From contig JAJFGG010000066.1 in NCBI GenBank assembly GCA_021776235.1, positions 26,904 to 90,903 on the forward strand: 64,000 bases of DNA, written 5' to 3'. Position numbers and translations under genes: made by a program. This DNA is from Alphaproteobacteria bacterium. Its GTDB lineage: Bacteria > Pseudomonadota > Alphaproteobacteria > GCA-2731375. Shown here in pieces: positions 30,768 to 41,157 of the stretch (position 1 is the stretch's first letter; each line of letters opens with the position of its first letter). A model generated the notes under the pieces. That model searched no databases. It saw nothing but the letters and a program-made list of their open reading frames with translations, and was not told the DNA's origin.

Positions 30768-31460
30768 TCAGTCCGAAATACTGCCGTCCGCGATGACCGT
30801 CACCTGATCGCCGGAGCCCAGAAAAATACGTTCCGTCATGCCGCAAAACAAGCCGTGCTCGACCACCCCGGGCAGGCTGGACAGGGTCTGGGCCAGGCTG
30901 GGTGGATCCATGATCGACGGGCCAAAGGCGCAATCCAGGATCCAGTGATTTTCGTCGCTACGGAATGGCTCACCCCCCGCCGTTCGGCGAAGCGTCACTG
31001 CGGCGCCCAAATCGGCCAGACGCAGACTCAAAGGTTGGCGGGCCATGGGTATAATCTCGATAGGCAGGGGAAAAGCCCCCAGCACTGCGACTTGCTTGCT
31101 GGCATCGGCAATGACCACAAAACGCGCTGCCGCCCCGGCAACGATTTTCTCCCTTAACAATGCGCCGCCACCTCCCTTGATCAAATTCAAGGCTCCGTCG
31201 AATTCGTCGGCGCCGTCCACGGCCAGATCAAGGTTCGGTGTTTCATCCAGACTGGTCAGCGTGATGCCCAGCCGATGGCACAATTCGGCACTGTGTTCCG
31301 AGGTGGCGACCCCGGATATGGACATCCCGGCGTTTACCCGCTGGGCCAATAGGTGGATGAAATGATCTGCCGTAGACCCCGTGCCGATGCCAAGACGCAT
31401 ACCGTCCTGGACCAGTTCTACCGCCGCGCTGGCAGCCATTCGTTTTGCTTCATCGCTCAT
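30768..31460 (-). CDS. rpiA: Ribose-5-phosphate isomerase A
   Basis: GIGTGST, DGADE, KGGGGALLREK, GVVEHGLF. Confidence 0.95.
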   Translation of the reverse strand: MSDEAKRMAASAAVELVQDGMRLGIGTGSTADHFIHLLAQRVNAGMSISGVATSEHSAELCHRLGITLTSLDETPNLDLAVDGADEFDGALNLIKGGGGALLREKIVAGAAARFVVIADASKQVAVLGAFPLPIEIIPMARQPLSLRLADLGAAVTLRRTAGGEPFRSDENHWILDCAFGPSIMDPPSLAQTLSSLPGVVEHGLFCGMTERIFLGSGDQVTVIADGSISD

Positions 31461-31530
31461 GGGGCAACCTTTTTTTGCGCTGTCGTTCTGTTTCGTTTCA
31501 GTTCACGTCGATCCGGGCTATATGTTCGCC

Positions 31531-32127
31531 ATGTCAAAAATCGTGAGCAACCCATCCGCCGTAAACCCAATTCTCAAGCTTGCCTTAGAAATCGGGCCTT
31601 TGGCGCTGTTTTTTCTGACCAATGCCCGGGCTGGACTATTTTGGGCGACGGGCGTCTTCATGGTAGCAATCATTTTCTCGTTGTCGATTACCTGGTTGCT
31701 GGAACGACGGTTGCCCACCTTGCCCCTGGTGACCGGCATCTTTGTTTTGATCTTCGGCGGCCTGACGCTGTATTTGCAGGACGAGCTATTCATCAAGCTG
31801 AAACCGACCATCGTCAACACATTGTTCGCGGTAATCCTTTTGACCGGCTTGCTCTGGGGCAAATCCTTCCTGAAAAGCCTGATGGGAACCATGTTTCCCA
31901 TGACCGATCAGGGTTGGCGCGTGTTGACCTTGCGCTGGGCCATGTTTTTTGTGGTTTTGGCAATTTTGAACGAAATTGTCTGGCGCAACACATCGACTGA
32001 CACTTGGGTAAGTTTTAAGGTTTTTGGCATCATGCCATTGACGATTCTGTTTTCGATTCTGCAGCTACCGGCCATGAACCGTCATCGGTTGCCCGAGGGC
32101 AAATCCGAAGACAAGGGCGGGCTGTAA
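31531..32127 (+). CDS. ispZ: Intracellular septation protein A (YciB/IspZ)
   Basis: FGGLTL, FIKLKPTI, NEIVWR, WVSFKVFG. Confidence 0.88.
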   Translation: MSKIVSNPSAVNPILKLALEIGPLALFFLTNARAGLFWATGVFMVAIIFSLSITWLLERRLPTLPLVTGIFVLIFGGLTLYLQDELFIKLKPTIVNTLFAVILLTGLLWGKSFLKSLMGTMFPMTDQGWRVLTLRWAMFFVVLAILNEIVWRNTSTDTWVSFKVFGIMPLTILFSILQLPAMNRHRLPEGKSEDKGGL

Positions 32128-32735
32128 TGTTTCAAGGTCGTGATATTGCCTGTGAACGGGGCGAAAGGCGCATTTTCTCGGGACTTGATTTCGAAATTTC
32201 TCCGGGCCAGGCGCTTGTGCTGCGTGGTCCCAACGGCTGCGGCAAGACGAGCCTGCTGAGAATTGCCGCGACTTTGTTGAAGTCGGCGGCAGGGAATTTG
32301 CTGTGGGATGGCGCGGATGTCGCCGAGGCGCCGGAAGAACATCGCGCAAGGTTGCATTTCATTGGCCATCAGGATGCGGTCAAGGGCGCCTTGACGGTGC
32401 GCGAGAATATCGCCACCTGGTCAAATATCAGGCGCTCCGCAGAGGACCGGGTCGATGCGGCGATGGCCGCGTTCGGCATTGCGCACCTGGCGGATACCCC
32501 GGCGCAATATCTGTCGGCGGGCCAGCATAGGCGGACCGCCTTGGCCAGACTGGTAGCGTCCCGTGCGGCCCTTTGGCTGCTCGACGAACCCACTGTGTCC
32601 CTGGATGCGGATGGCACGGCGTGCCTGCAACGGGCGATTATGGATCATCGCGCCGAGAAGGGCATGGTCATGGCCGCAACTCACATTGAGCTGGGTCTGG
32701 ACGATGTGGAATTTTTGCAGTTGAAGCCGCAATGA
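32127..32735 (+). CDS. ccmA: Heme ABC exporter ATP-binding protein
   Basis: GPNGCGKT, LSAGQ, WLLDEP. Confidence 0.92.
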   Translation: MFQGRDIACERGERRIFSGLDFEISPGQALVLRGPNGCGKTSLLRIAATLLKSAAGNLLWDGADVAEAPEEHRARLHFIGHQDAVKGALTVRENIATWSNIRRSAEDRVDAAMAAFGIAHLADTPAQYLSAGQHRRTALARLVASRAALWLLDEPTVSLDADGTACLQRAIMDHRAEKGMVMAATHIELGLDDVEFLQLKPQ

Positions 32736-33397
32736 AACCGTTCGGGGCTGTTATTGCGCGCGATCTTCGCCTGGCCGTGCGCCAGGGGGGCGCCACTTTT
32801 TTGGCGCTGGTATTTTTCCTCTTGACGGTCACCCTGTTTCCCTTGGGCATTGGCCCGGAACCCGCCATTCTGGCCCGCGTTGCCCCGGGCGTCCTTTGGG
32901 TTGCGGCGTTGCTGGCTGCGATGTTGTCGCTGGATCGGTTGTTTCAGGCGGATTTTGAAGACGGCAGCCTGGAGCAATTGACACTGTCCGGACTGCCTTT
33001 GGGGGGCATCGTCTTGGCCAAGATCATCGCTCATTGGCTGACCACAGGATTGCCCCTGTTGTTGGCAGCGCCGGTATTGGCGGTGTTGTTGAATATGAGC
33101 GACGAAGGTTTTGCGGCGTTGCTTTTGACCATGTTGATCGGTACACCGGCCCTGAGTCTCATTGGCGCCATCGGCGCCGCCCTGACCCTGACAGTGCGCA
33201 GAGGCGGGGTGTTGTTATCGTTGCTGGTATTACCGCTATATATACCGGTGCTGATTTTCGGCGTTTCAGCTATTGATGCCGCGGTTCACGGTCTGAATGC
33301 CAAGCCGCATGTTCTGCTTTTGGCTGCCTTGACGCTGGCGGCGATACCGCTTTGCCCCTGGGCATCGGCGGCGGCGGTAAAGCTGTCATTGGAGTAG
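32732..33397 (+). CDS. ccmB: Heme exporter permease
   Basis: DFEDGSLE, LPLYIPVLIFG. Confidence 0.93.
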   Translation: MKPFGAVIARDLRLAVRQGGATFLALVFFLLTVTLFPLGIGPEPAILARVAPGVLWVAALLAAMLSLDRLFQADFEDGSLEQLTLSGLPLGGIVLAKIIAHWLTTGLPLLLAAPVLAVLLNMSDEGFAALLLTMLIGTPALSLIGAIGAALTLTVRRGGVLLSLLVLPLYIPVLIFGVSAIDAAVHGLNAKPHVLLLAALTLAAIPLCPWASAAAVKLSLE

Positions 33398-33487
33398 TAG
33401 ACGGCCGGCGGGACAAACCGCAAAAAATTGTTGCAGCCGCGGCGCTTGCGCCCATGCCTGCAGGGGGGTACACCTCAATCTATGTCA

Positions 33488-34207
33488 ATGCATTATTTTG
33501 CTAATCCAACGCGATTTAACCGCCTTGCCGGGCGCATTCAGCCGTGGGCCGGCGGACTGGCGGCGATTCTTTTGGTCGTCGGTCTTTATATGGCCCTGTT
33601 CGAGGTGCCGGCGGACTATCAACAGGGTGATACGGTCCGCATCATGTTCGTGCATGTGCCGTCCGCTTGGATGGCCATGTTCTGCTACTCGTTCCTGGCG
33701 GTGGCCAGTGCCGTGGCGTTGATCTGGAAGCATCCTTTGGCGGACCTGGCCGCCAAGGCATCCGCCCCCATTGGCGCCGGATTTACCTTTCTGGCGTTGG
33801 TGACAGGTTCAATCTGGGGCAAGCCTATGTGGGGAACCTGGTGGGTCTGGGATGCGCGGCTGACATCGGTGCTGATCCTGTTCTTCCTTTATCTGGGTTA
33901 TATGGCCTTGTGGCAGTCGATCGAAGACGGACAAAAAGCGGCCAAGGCGGCTGCGGTTCTTGCCCTTGTCGGCGCGGTCAATGTGCCGATTATTAAATTC
34001 TCGGTGGATTGGTGGAATACCCTGCACCAGCCCGCCAGTGTGATGCGCATGGATGGCCCGGCTATCCACCCTAGTATGCTGTGGCCCCTGTTGATCATGG
34101 CCTTGGCGTTCCAGGTTTACTTTGTGGCCCTGTTACTGGCCCGTATGCGGATGGAATTGAATTTGCGGCGTATTCGCGCCCTGCGGCTGGCGGAACGGTC
34201 GAGTTAG
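33488..34207 (+). CDS. ccmC: Heme exporter protein C
   Basis: HVPSAW, WGKPMWGTWWVWDARLT (WWD motif), WWNTLHQ. Confidence 0.95.
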   Translation: MHYFANPTRFNRLAGRIQPWAGGLAAILLVVGLYMALFEVPADYQQGDTVRIMFVHVPSAWMAMFCYSFLAVASAVALIWKHPLADLAAKASAPIGAGFTFLALVTGSIWGKPMWGTWWVWDARLTSVLILFFLYLGYMALWQSIEDGQKAAKAAAVLALVGAVNVPIIKFSVDWWNTLHQPASVMRMDGPAIHPSMLWPLLIMALAFQVYFVALLLARMRMELNLRRIRALRLAERSS

Positions 34208-34218
34208 AGGCATTGAAT

Positions 34219-34404
34219 ATGGATGCTATAGGGCAATTTTTTGCGATGGGGGGCTACGCGGCCTATGTCTGGCCGGCGTTCGCGATCGTCCTGGTGGTCA
34301 TGGCGCTGATGTGGTTCACCGGCATCCATGGTTGGCGCAAGTCGGAGCAAACTTTGGCGGCATTGCGCAGCAACCGCCGGCAACGAGAGGGTGACGCCGA
34401 ATGA
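34219..34404 (+). CDS. ccmD: Heme exporter protein D
   Basis: MGGYAAYVWPAF, one TM plus basic tail, between ccmC and ccmE. Confidence 0.88.
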   Translation: MDAIGQFFAMGGYAAYVWPAFAIVLVVMALMWFTGIHGWRKSEQTLAALRSNRRQREGDAE

Positions 34405-34856
34405 CCCGTAAACAGCGCCGTCTTTATATCGTCGGCGGCTTTATGCTGATCTTCGCATCGGCGGCGGCTTTGGTGTTGATGGCGTTTGAAGAGAACATTG
34501 TATTTTTCTATTCACCTTCCGAGCTGGCGCAAAAATCGGAACAACAGCCGATCCCTCCAGGTCGCCGGCTGCGCATTGGTGGTTTGGTGGAAGAAGGTTC
34601 GGTTCAGCGTGACGCCGATGGCGTCACAATTACGTTTCGCGTCACCGACACGGTGGAAGTCTTGCCGGTGCGTTTTCGCGGCCTTTTGCCGGATCTTTTT
34701 AGGGAAGGCCAGGGGATTGTTGCCGAAGGCACCCTGGCGATGAATGGAACATTCGTGGCAACCGAGGTGCTGGCCAAACATGACGAAACATATATGCCGA
34801 AGGAAGTCGCCGAAGCTTTGAAGAAGGCTGGTCAATGGCAGGGGGACGATGAATGA
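34401..34856 (+). CDS. ccmE: Heme chaperone
   Basis: LPDLFREGQG, LAKHDETY. Confidence 0.95.
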   Translation: MTRKQRRLYIVGGFMLIFASAAALVLMAFEENIVFFYSPSELAQKSEQQPIPPGRRLRIGGLVEEGSVQRDADGVTITFRVTDTVEVLPVRFRGLLPDLFREGQGIVAEGTLAMNGTFVATEVLAKHDETYMPKEVAEALKKAGQWQGDDE

Positions 34857-35815
34857 CCGACGGCACGACTTCGGAAAAACCATGCGTCCTGTTGATCGAA
34901 CCAATTCCAAGCTGGATCGTCGACCGGGCCCATGATTTGTTTGAATTGATCGTTTTGCCGCACGAGAGTGAAAGACCGCCCGAGTTTCTCGACAATGTCG
35001 AGCGTATTCGCGGCATTGCCATGCCGGGCTTCGCCAAGGTCGACGCCGCCATGATGGCGCTGTTGCCAAATTTGGAAATGGTCGCCTGTTTTGGGGTTGG
35101 CTATGACGGCGCCGACATAGGCTATGCTATGCAACATGGCATCGCCGTTACCAATACTCCGGATGTGTTGACGGACTGCGTGGCCGATCTTGGCATGGCA
35201 ATGATCTTGGCCACGTTGCGAAAGATTGTGGAGGGGGACCGCTACGTTCGGGCGGGGCGATGGGAAAGCGAGGGAATATTGGATCTGGCGAATTCGCCGC
35301 GCGGCCGGTGCCTGGGCATCGTCGGCCTGGGCCGCATTGGCCTGGCGCTGGCAAATCGGGCCGAGGCGTTTGGCATGACCATCGCCTATCATAACCGCAC
35401 GGAACGGGATGACGTGCCTTATCCCTATTACCCCAGCGCCGGTGCCCTGGCCGCGGCGTGTGATGTCATGGCCCTGACCTGTCCGGGCAGCGAAGCAACC
35501 CGCAATTTGATCAACCGCGAGGTCCTTGAAGCCCTGGGCAGTACAGGCTATCTGATCAATATCGCGCGCGGCAGCGTTGTTGATGAAGCGGCGCTGGTGC
35601 AGGCTTTGTTGGACCACACCATTGCTGGCGCCGGTCTGGATGTCTTCGCTGCCGAGCCACACGTGCCTGCGGCGCTGTTCGCATTGGAGAATGTGGTCCT
35701 GCAACCCCATCAGGCCAGCGCGACGGTGGAAACACGGACCGCCATGGGGAATTTGACTGTCGACAATTTGCTGGCCCATTTTCAAGGCCTGCCCTTGCCG
35801 AACCAGGTGGCATAG
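34853..35815 (+). CDS. D-2-hydroxyacid dehydrogenase (hydroxypyruvate/glyoxylate reductase-like)
   Basis: GVGYD, TNTPDVL, GLGRIG, NIARG, LDVF..EP, QPHQAS. Confidence 0.9.
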   Translation: MTDGTTSEKPCVLLIEPIPSWIVDRAHDLFELIVLPHESERPPEFLDNVERIRGIAMPGFAKVDAAMMALLPNLEMVACFGVGYDGADIGYAMQHGIAVTNTPDVLTDCVADLGMAMILATLRKIVEGDRYVRAGRWESEGILDLANSPRGRCLGIVGLGRIGLALANRAEAFGMTIAYHNRTERDDVPYPYYPSAGALAAACDVMALTCPGSEATRNLINREVLEALGSTGYLINIARGSVVDEAALVQALLDHTIAGAGLDVFAAEPHVPAALFALENVVLQPHQASATVETRTAMGNLTVDNLLAHFQGLPLPNQVA

Positions 35816-35905
35816 CGGGATGCTTGACTCTTATCAGAGCCTGGCCGGGACACCGATGTTGAGTTCTTGTTGGCTGGATCGGCCTAACAGGCAAAGGATG
35901 CCCTC

Positions 35906-37906
35906 ATGACCGCGGAACTGGGACATTACGCACTGGTGCTGGCGCTATCGGTGGCTCTGGTGCAGGCGACGATACCGTTGCTGGGGGCCTGGCGCGGTGA
36001 CCCGGGCTGGGTGGGCCTGGCGCGGCCGGCGGCCTTGGTGCAATGTTTTTTGGTGACGGTTGCGTTTGGGGCCTTGATGTACGCTTACGTGACCTCGGAT
36101 TTCTCCGTGCTCAACGTTGCCTCCAATTCCCATTCCGCCAAGCCGCTGTTGTACAAGATCTCCGGCGTTTGGGGTAATCACGAGGGCTCGCTACTGCTGT
36201 GGTTGTTGATCCTGGTGCTATTCGGGGCGGCGGTGGCCGCTTTCGGCGGTAACCTGCCGGCGCCGTTTCGGGCCCGGGTCCTGGCGGTGCAGGCGATGAT
36301 CGCCGTTGGCTTCCTCACCTTTGTCTTGTTCACGTCGAACCCATTCGAACGGCTATTGCCGGCGCCCCTGGACGGAAATGGGTTAAATCCCTTGTTGCAG
36401 GATCCGGGCCTCGCCTTTCATCCGCCATTTCTCTATCTCGGTTATGTCGGCTTCTCCATGGCTTTTTCGTTCGCCGTGGCCGCCTTGATTGAAGGCCGTG
36501 TCGACGCGGCCTGGGCCCGCTGGGTCCGGCCCTGGACCCTGGCAGCCTGGTGCTTTTTGACCCTGGGTATCGCGCTCGGCTCCTGGTGGGCCTATTACGA
36601 ACTTGGCTGGGGTGGTTGGTGGTTCTGGGACCCGGTAGAGAACGCCTCGTTTATGCCGTGGCTGGCAGGTACCGCGTTGCTGCATTCGTCTATCGTGGTG
36701 GAAAAGCGGGATAGTTTGAAGAACTGGACCGTGCTGCTGGCGATTCTGACATTTTCGTTGAGCTTGCTGGGGACCTTCCTGGTCCGTTCGGGGGTCCTGA
36801 CTTCGGTGCATGCCTTCGCCACGGATCCGGCCCGCGGCGTCTTCATTCTCGCCTTTTTGATCGTCGTCATCGCAGGCTCGTTGACCCTGTACGCTGTCCG
36901 GGCGCCGGCAATGAAAGGCGGCGGTATATTTTCGCCGGTCAGCCGGGAAGGCGGCCTGGTGTTGAATAATCTGCTTCTCTCCACGGCCTGCGCGACGGTC
37001 CTTTTGGGCACCCTTTATCCGCTGTTTCTTGATGCCGTGACCGGTGACAAAATTACCGTTGGGCCGCCTTTCTTCAATATGACCTTCGGTCCGCTCATGG
37101 TGCCGGTATTTATTGCCATGGCGGTCGGACCGATGTTGCCGTGGAAGCGTGGCGACCTTCTTGGCGCGGTGCAGCGGCTGAAATTTGCCATTGCCGCGGC
37201 CGTGGCGGCGCTTCTGCTGACCTTGGTGCTGGCCTATGACGGCCCCTGGCTGGCGATCCCGGGTATCGCGCTGGGTGTCTGGGTAATCGCCGCCGCGTTG
37301 GAGGAAGCAGCCCATAGATTGCGCCTGTTCCGGGTCCCGATCGCGGAAAGCATGCGCCGCCTGATGCGTTCACCGCGGGCCGCCTGGGGCACCACGTTTG
37401 CCCACGCCGGTGCCGGGATGGTCATCATCGGCGTCGTCGCTTCGTCCTCCTGGCAAGTGGAGAAACTGCAGGTTCTGCGTCAGGGCGAAAGCGTTGCTGT
37501 GGGTGCCTACGAGTTTAAGTTCGAGGGGGCAACGCCGGTTGCCGGGCCCAACTATGGTGCGGTGCGCGGTACCTTCCGGGTCAGCCGGAATGGTGCGGAA
37601 GTCGCCGTTATGCAACCGGAATCCCGGAGCTATCAGGACCCGCCCATGGAGACGACGGAAGCTGCGATCCGCACCGGCTGGGGTGGTGATCTGTACGCGG
37701 TCATCGGTGATCCGACCGGTGACGGATCATGGTCAACCCGGTTTTACAACAAGCCGATGATCCATTGGATTTGGACGGGCGCATTGCTCATGGTCTTTGG
37801 CGGTTTGTTTTCCTTGAGTGACCGCCGCCATCGGGTTGGTGCTCCAGCCCGGCGCGGTAGAATGGCGAAAACGGTAAAAACCGCGGCATCAATGGCCGGT
37901 AAATAG
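35906..37906 (+). CDS. ccmF: Cytochrome c heme lyase subunit
   Basis: WGNHEGS, HPPFLYLG, WAYYELGWGGWWFWDPVEN, SVHAFA. Confidence 0.96.
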   Translation: MTAELGHYALVLALSVALVQATIPLLGAWRGDPGWVGLARPAALVQCFLVTVAFGALMYAYVTSDFSVLNVASNSHSAKPLLYKISGVWGNHEGSLLLWLLILVLFGAAVAAFGGNLPAPFRARVLAVQAMIAVGFLTFVLFTSNPFERLLPAPLDGNGLNPLLQDPGLAFHPPFLYLGYVGFSMAFSFAVAALIEGRVDAAWARWVRPWTLAAWCFLTLGIALGSWWAYYELGWGGWWFWDPVENASFMPWLAGTALLHSSIVVEKRDSLKNWTVLLAILTFSLSLLGTFLVRSGVLTSVHAFATDPARGVFILAFLIVVIAGSLTLYAVRAPAMKGGGIFSPVSREGGLVLNNLLLSTACATVLLGTLYPLFLDAVTGDKITVGPPFFNMTFGPLMVPVFIAMAVGPMLPWKRGDLLGAVQRLKFAIAAAVAALLLTLVLAYDGPWLAIPGIALGVWVIAAALEEAAHRLRLFRVPIAESMRRLMRSPRAAWGTTFAHAGAGMVIIGVVASSSWQVEKLQVLRQGESVAVGAYEFKFEGATPVAGPNYGAVRGTFRVSRNGAEVAVMQPESRSYQDPPMETTEAAIRTGWGGDLYAVIGDPTGDGSWSTRFYNKPMIHWIWTGALLMVFGGLFSLSDRRHRVGAPARRGRMAKTVKTAASMAGK

Positions 37907-37917
37907 GGTCTGCTGAA

Positions 37918-38496
37918 TTGAACGAGCTGGATTTGGAGGAGACGCCCAGGCGCTTGTGGCCGCGCCTGCTGCCCCTGGCGGTGGCGCTGATCATCGGCGG
38001 CTTTCTGTTCGCCGGTTTAAGCCTGCGGCCAAAGGAAATCCCATCCGTCCTGATCGGCAAGGCGGTGCCCGAGTTCAATCTGCCGGCCTTGCCCAAGCGT
38101 CCAAAAGGTTTGCAATCGGCCGATTTGAAGGGCCAGGTTTCATTGGTCAACGTCTTCGCCTCATGGTGTGTCTCCTGCCGGGTGGAACATCCCCTTTTTA
38201 TGAAATTGAAGGCCCGGGATCTGGTGCCCGTGCACGGCCTCAATTACAAGGATGATGGCCCCGCCGCCATGAGCTGGCTGGCCCGGCATGGCGATCCCTA
38301 TGACCGTGTCGGACAGGATCTGAAGGGCAGGGTGGGTATCGATTGGGGTGTTTACGGTGTGCCCGAAACCTTCCTGATCAATGCGGAAGGACGGATCGTC
38401 TGCAAGCATATCGGCCCGGTGATGGAGCGCGACCTGGAAGAGAAACTATTGCCGGCGGTCAAGGCACTGCGGCAGGGCGGCGTGGCGAAATGTTGA
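37918..38496 (+). CDS. ccmG: Thiol:disulfide interchange protein CcmG/DsbE
   Basis: NVFASWCVSC, GVYGVPETF. Confidence 0.93.
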   Translation: MNELDLEETPRRLWPRLLPLAVALIIGGFLFAGLSLRPKEIPSVLIGKAVPEFNLPALPKRPKGLQSADLKGQVSLVNVFASWCVSCRVEHPLFMKLKARDLVPVHGLNYKDDGPAAMSWLARHGDPYDRVGQDLKGRVGIDWGVYGVPETFLINAEGRIVCKHIGPVMERDLEEKLLPAVKALRQGGVAKC

Positions 38497-38978
38497 TGAC
38501 CTTGTTGCGGCGGCTGGTTCTTGCCTTGTGCCTGATGGCACCGCTGGCCCCGGCCTGGTCCGTCGCCGTGGATACGCCCCTGGACGATCCCGCGTTGGAA
38601 GCCCGGGCGCGGGCTATACACAAGCAATTGCGCTGTCTGGTCTGCCAGAACCAGTCAATCGAGGATTCAAACGCCACCCTGGCGCGGGATCTGCGTGTTC
38701 TGGTGCGGGAACGCATAACGGCCGGCGACAGTGACGACGCGGCGATCCGCTTTATCGTGGATCGTTATGGCGATTGGGTATTGTTGCAGCCGCCGGTGAA
38801 AGGTGGAACCGTGCTGCTGTGGCTGGGCCCGCTGCTGTTTTTGCTATTGGCGGTCATTTCCCTGGTTTTTTGGTACCGCCGGCGCCGCGGCGCGCCGGTG
38901 GTAGCGGCGAACGCGCCCTTGAGCGCGGACGAGCAGGCCCGGCTGAAAGCATTGCTGGACGATGGAGATCCTAAATGA
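38496..38978 (+). CDS. ccmH: Cytochrome c biogenesis protein CcmH
   Basis: LRCLVCQNQSI, RYGDWVL; TGATG overlap with ccmG. Confidence 0.92.
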   Translation: MTLLRRLVLALCLMAPLAPAWSVAVDTPLDDPALEARARAIHKQLRCLVCQNQSIEDSNATLARDLRVLVRERITAGDSDDAAIRFIVDRYGDWVLLQPPVKGGTVLLWLGPLLFLLLAVISLVFWYRRRRGAPVVAANAPLSADEQARLKALLDDGDPK

Positions 38979-40414
38979 CGCTGTGGCTGGCGATCGGTGG
39001 GCTGACACTGGTGGCGGTTTTGCCAATCCTTTGGCCCTTGTTGCGGCCCTCGCAAGGGGGCGCAACCCGGCTGGATCATGATTTGGAAGTTTATCGCGAC
39101 CAATTGCGCGAGGTGGAAGTTGAACTGGCCGCCAATGCGCTGACCGATAAAGAGGCCGGCGAAGCAAAACGGGAAATAGAGCGGCGTATTTTACGCGCCG
39201 CCGAACAAGGCCAGGGCGGTGGCGATTCGGTCGCGCCATCGGCCATCACCGCCGTTTTGCTTGCTCTATTGCTGCCCGCCGTGACGTTGTTTTTGTATGT
39301 CTCGCTGGGCCAGCCAGGGCAGATGGATCAACCGCTGGCGGCGCGGGAGGTGGCGGCGCCGGTGGAGGCCGCATCGCCCCATGAATTGTCCGGACCCCAA
39401 CGCGATCAGATCATTGAAATGGTCGCCCGCTTGGCCACACGCCTGCAGGAGCAGCCCGACGACTTGGATGGTTGGATATTGTTGGGCCGCTCCCAGGCGG
39501 CCCTGGCTCAATTTGACCAGGCGGCAAAGGCACTGCAACGGGCCGTGGCGCTTTCCGGGGATGATGCCAATTTGCAGATGGCGCTTGGTGATGCCTTGAC
39601 CAAGGCCGCCGGCGGCACGGTCACGCCGGAAGCCGTGGCAGCGTTCGAAAAGGCGAAGCAGCTCGAGCCCGGGCAGTTGGGCGCGCGTTACTACCTGGCC
39701 CTGGCCGAACTGCAGGCCGGTCGGCCTCGGGTGGCCTACGATGCCTGGTTGCTACTTTATCGGGAATTGCCGGAAAATGGTGATAACCGACAGGCCCTGG
39801 CGGCGCAAATCCGCCGGACGGCGGAACAACTCGGCATCGATCCGGAACCCGAATTGGCGGCGGCGCCCGTCAGACCCGCACCGGCCACCGCACCGGCCAC
39901 TGCACCGGCCACTGCGCCGGGCCCCGACCGTGCCGATGTCGCTGCGGCAGCCGCCATGTCGACGGATGAACGTCAAGAATTCATCCAATCCATGGTGCAG
40001 CGCCTGGCGGACCGACTGAAAGACGAGCCCGGCGATTTTGATGGCTGGATGCGCCTGGCCAGGGCGTACGGTGTTTTGCGGCGGCTGGACGATGCCGCCG
40101 CAGCCTATGGGCGCGCCGCCGCATTGCGCCCCAACGATCCCCTTCCCTTGAATGCCCAGGCCATGGCCCTGATCGAAGCGGCGCCGGCCAATCAGGCATT
40201 GCCCGGATCCACTATCGCGGTATTGCGCCGGTTGGAGACGCTGCAGCCCGACAACCCCCGTGTCCTGTGGTTTCTTGGCATGGTGGATGCCGCCGATGGC
40301 CGCCGTTCGGCGGCGATTGAACGCTGGCAGCGGTTGCACGATCAGCTTCCTGAGAACAGCAAAGAGCGTGAAAAATTGCAGGTGGCCATTGATCGTTTGC
40401 GGGCCGCAAATTGA
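38975..40414 (+). CDS. ccmI: Cytochrome c biogenesis TPR protein CcmI
   Basis: VYRDQLRE, EIERR, YVSLG.P, two TPR blocks starting DLDGW/DFDGW. Confidence 0.9.
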   Translation: MTLWLAIGGLTLVAVLPILWPLLRPSQGGATRLDHDLEVYRDQLREVEVELAANALTDKEAGEAKREIERRILRAAEQGQGGGDSVAPSAITAVLLALLLPAVTLFLYVSLGQPGQMDQPLAAREVAAPVEAASPHELSGPQRDQIIEMVARLATRLQEQPDDLDGWILLGRSQAALAQFDQAAKALQRAVALSGDDANLQMALGDALTKAAGGTVTPEAVAAFEKAKQLEPGQLGARYYLALAELQAGRPRVAYDAWLLLYRELPENGDNRQALAAQIRRTAEQLGIDPEPELAAAPVRPAPATAPATAPATAPGPDRADVAAAAAMSTDERQEFIQSMVQRLADRLKDEPGDFDGWMRLARAYGVLRRLDDAAAAYGRAAALRPNDPLPLNAQAMALIEAAPANQALPGSTIAVLRRLETLQPDNPRVLWFLGMVDAADGRRSAAIERWQRLHDQLPENSKEREKLQVAIDRLRAAN

Positions 40415-40609
40415 GCTTGTAAGGCTGCGGATTCATCCTTTCTTAATTCCTTGGGCACTACCATCTATCCCAGAACTGCAGATCAACGGCATCAAAAGCG
40501 CCATATATTTAAGAGGGTTGTACGAAATGGCAAACCGTCGGCGACGGCGGGACGCAAAGCTTCCGGTCTGGCTAATCCAGATAGCGGGGTTACCGAAAGG
40601 ATCCATGTT

Positions 40610-41020
40610 ATGTCGACGGATACGTTGATGGCGCTGCGCGCGCTGATAATCGATGATCAACGCACCATGCGCTCGATCGTTCGCAGATTGCTTTCCCAGG
40701 TAGGCATTATTGATGTAACGGAAGCGGCCGGTGGCGCCGAAGCCTTCGATCTGCTCGAGGCCGCGGGAGAGCAACCGCCAGACTTCGTGATTTGCGATCT
40801 GCACATGGAGGACGGCGACGGCATGGCCTTCTGCAATAAGATTCGACGCCACAAGAACGGCAATATCGCGCAGATACCGGTTTTGATCCTGACCGGTGAC
40901 AGCGATAGCTTCCTGCACGAGGTGGCGTTGCAGATTGGCGCCGTGAATGTGCTGACAAAACCGATCTCGGGCCCCGACCTGGAGCGGGAGATCTATCACG
41001 CCGTGGGTTTTGCCTGCTAG
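40610..41020 (+). CDS. Single-domain CheY-like response regulator
   Basis: IIDD, CDLHM, LTG, TKP receiver motifs. Confidence 0.85.
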   Translation: MSTDTLMALRALIIDDQRTMRSIVRRLLSQVGIIDVTEAAGGAEAFDLLEAAGEQPPDFVICDLHMEDGDGMAFCNKIRRHKNGNIAQIPVLILTGDSDSFLHEVALQIGAVNVLTKPISGPDLEREIYHAVGFAC

Positions 41021-41157
41021 ACTCGATTTCGTATGATGCAATCCAGGCCGCGACGGCGGCCCGGCGCTAATGCGCCACCCTCGCGGAGCGGTGCGTTTTG
41101 GCGCACAAGCGTGAGCGACAATAGCTAGTCCGTATCGATGACAATCGAAACGGACTA
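41017..41157 (+). repeat. Intergenic repeat family A, copy 2
   Basis: Core 41046-41067, then terminal hairpin TAGTCCG..TCGAT..ATCGA..CGGACTA overlapping the downstream gene's stop. Confidence 0.8.

Noticed and set aside
39878..39915. 12-bp tandem repeat in ccmI
   Set aside because: In-frame Ala-Pro-Ala-Thr linker; ordinary low-complexity coding sequence
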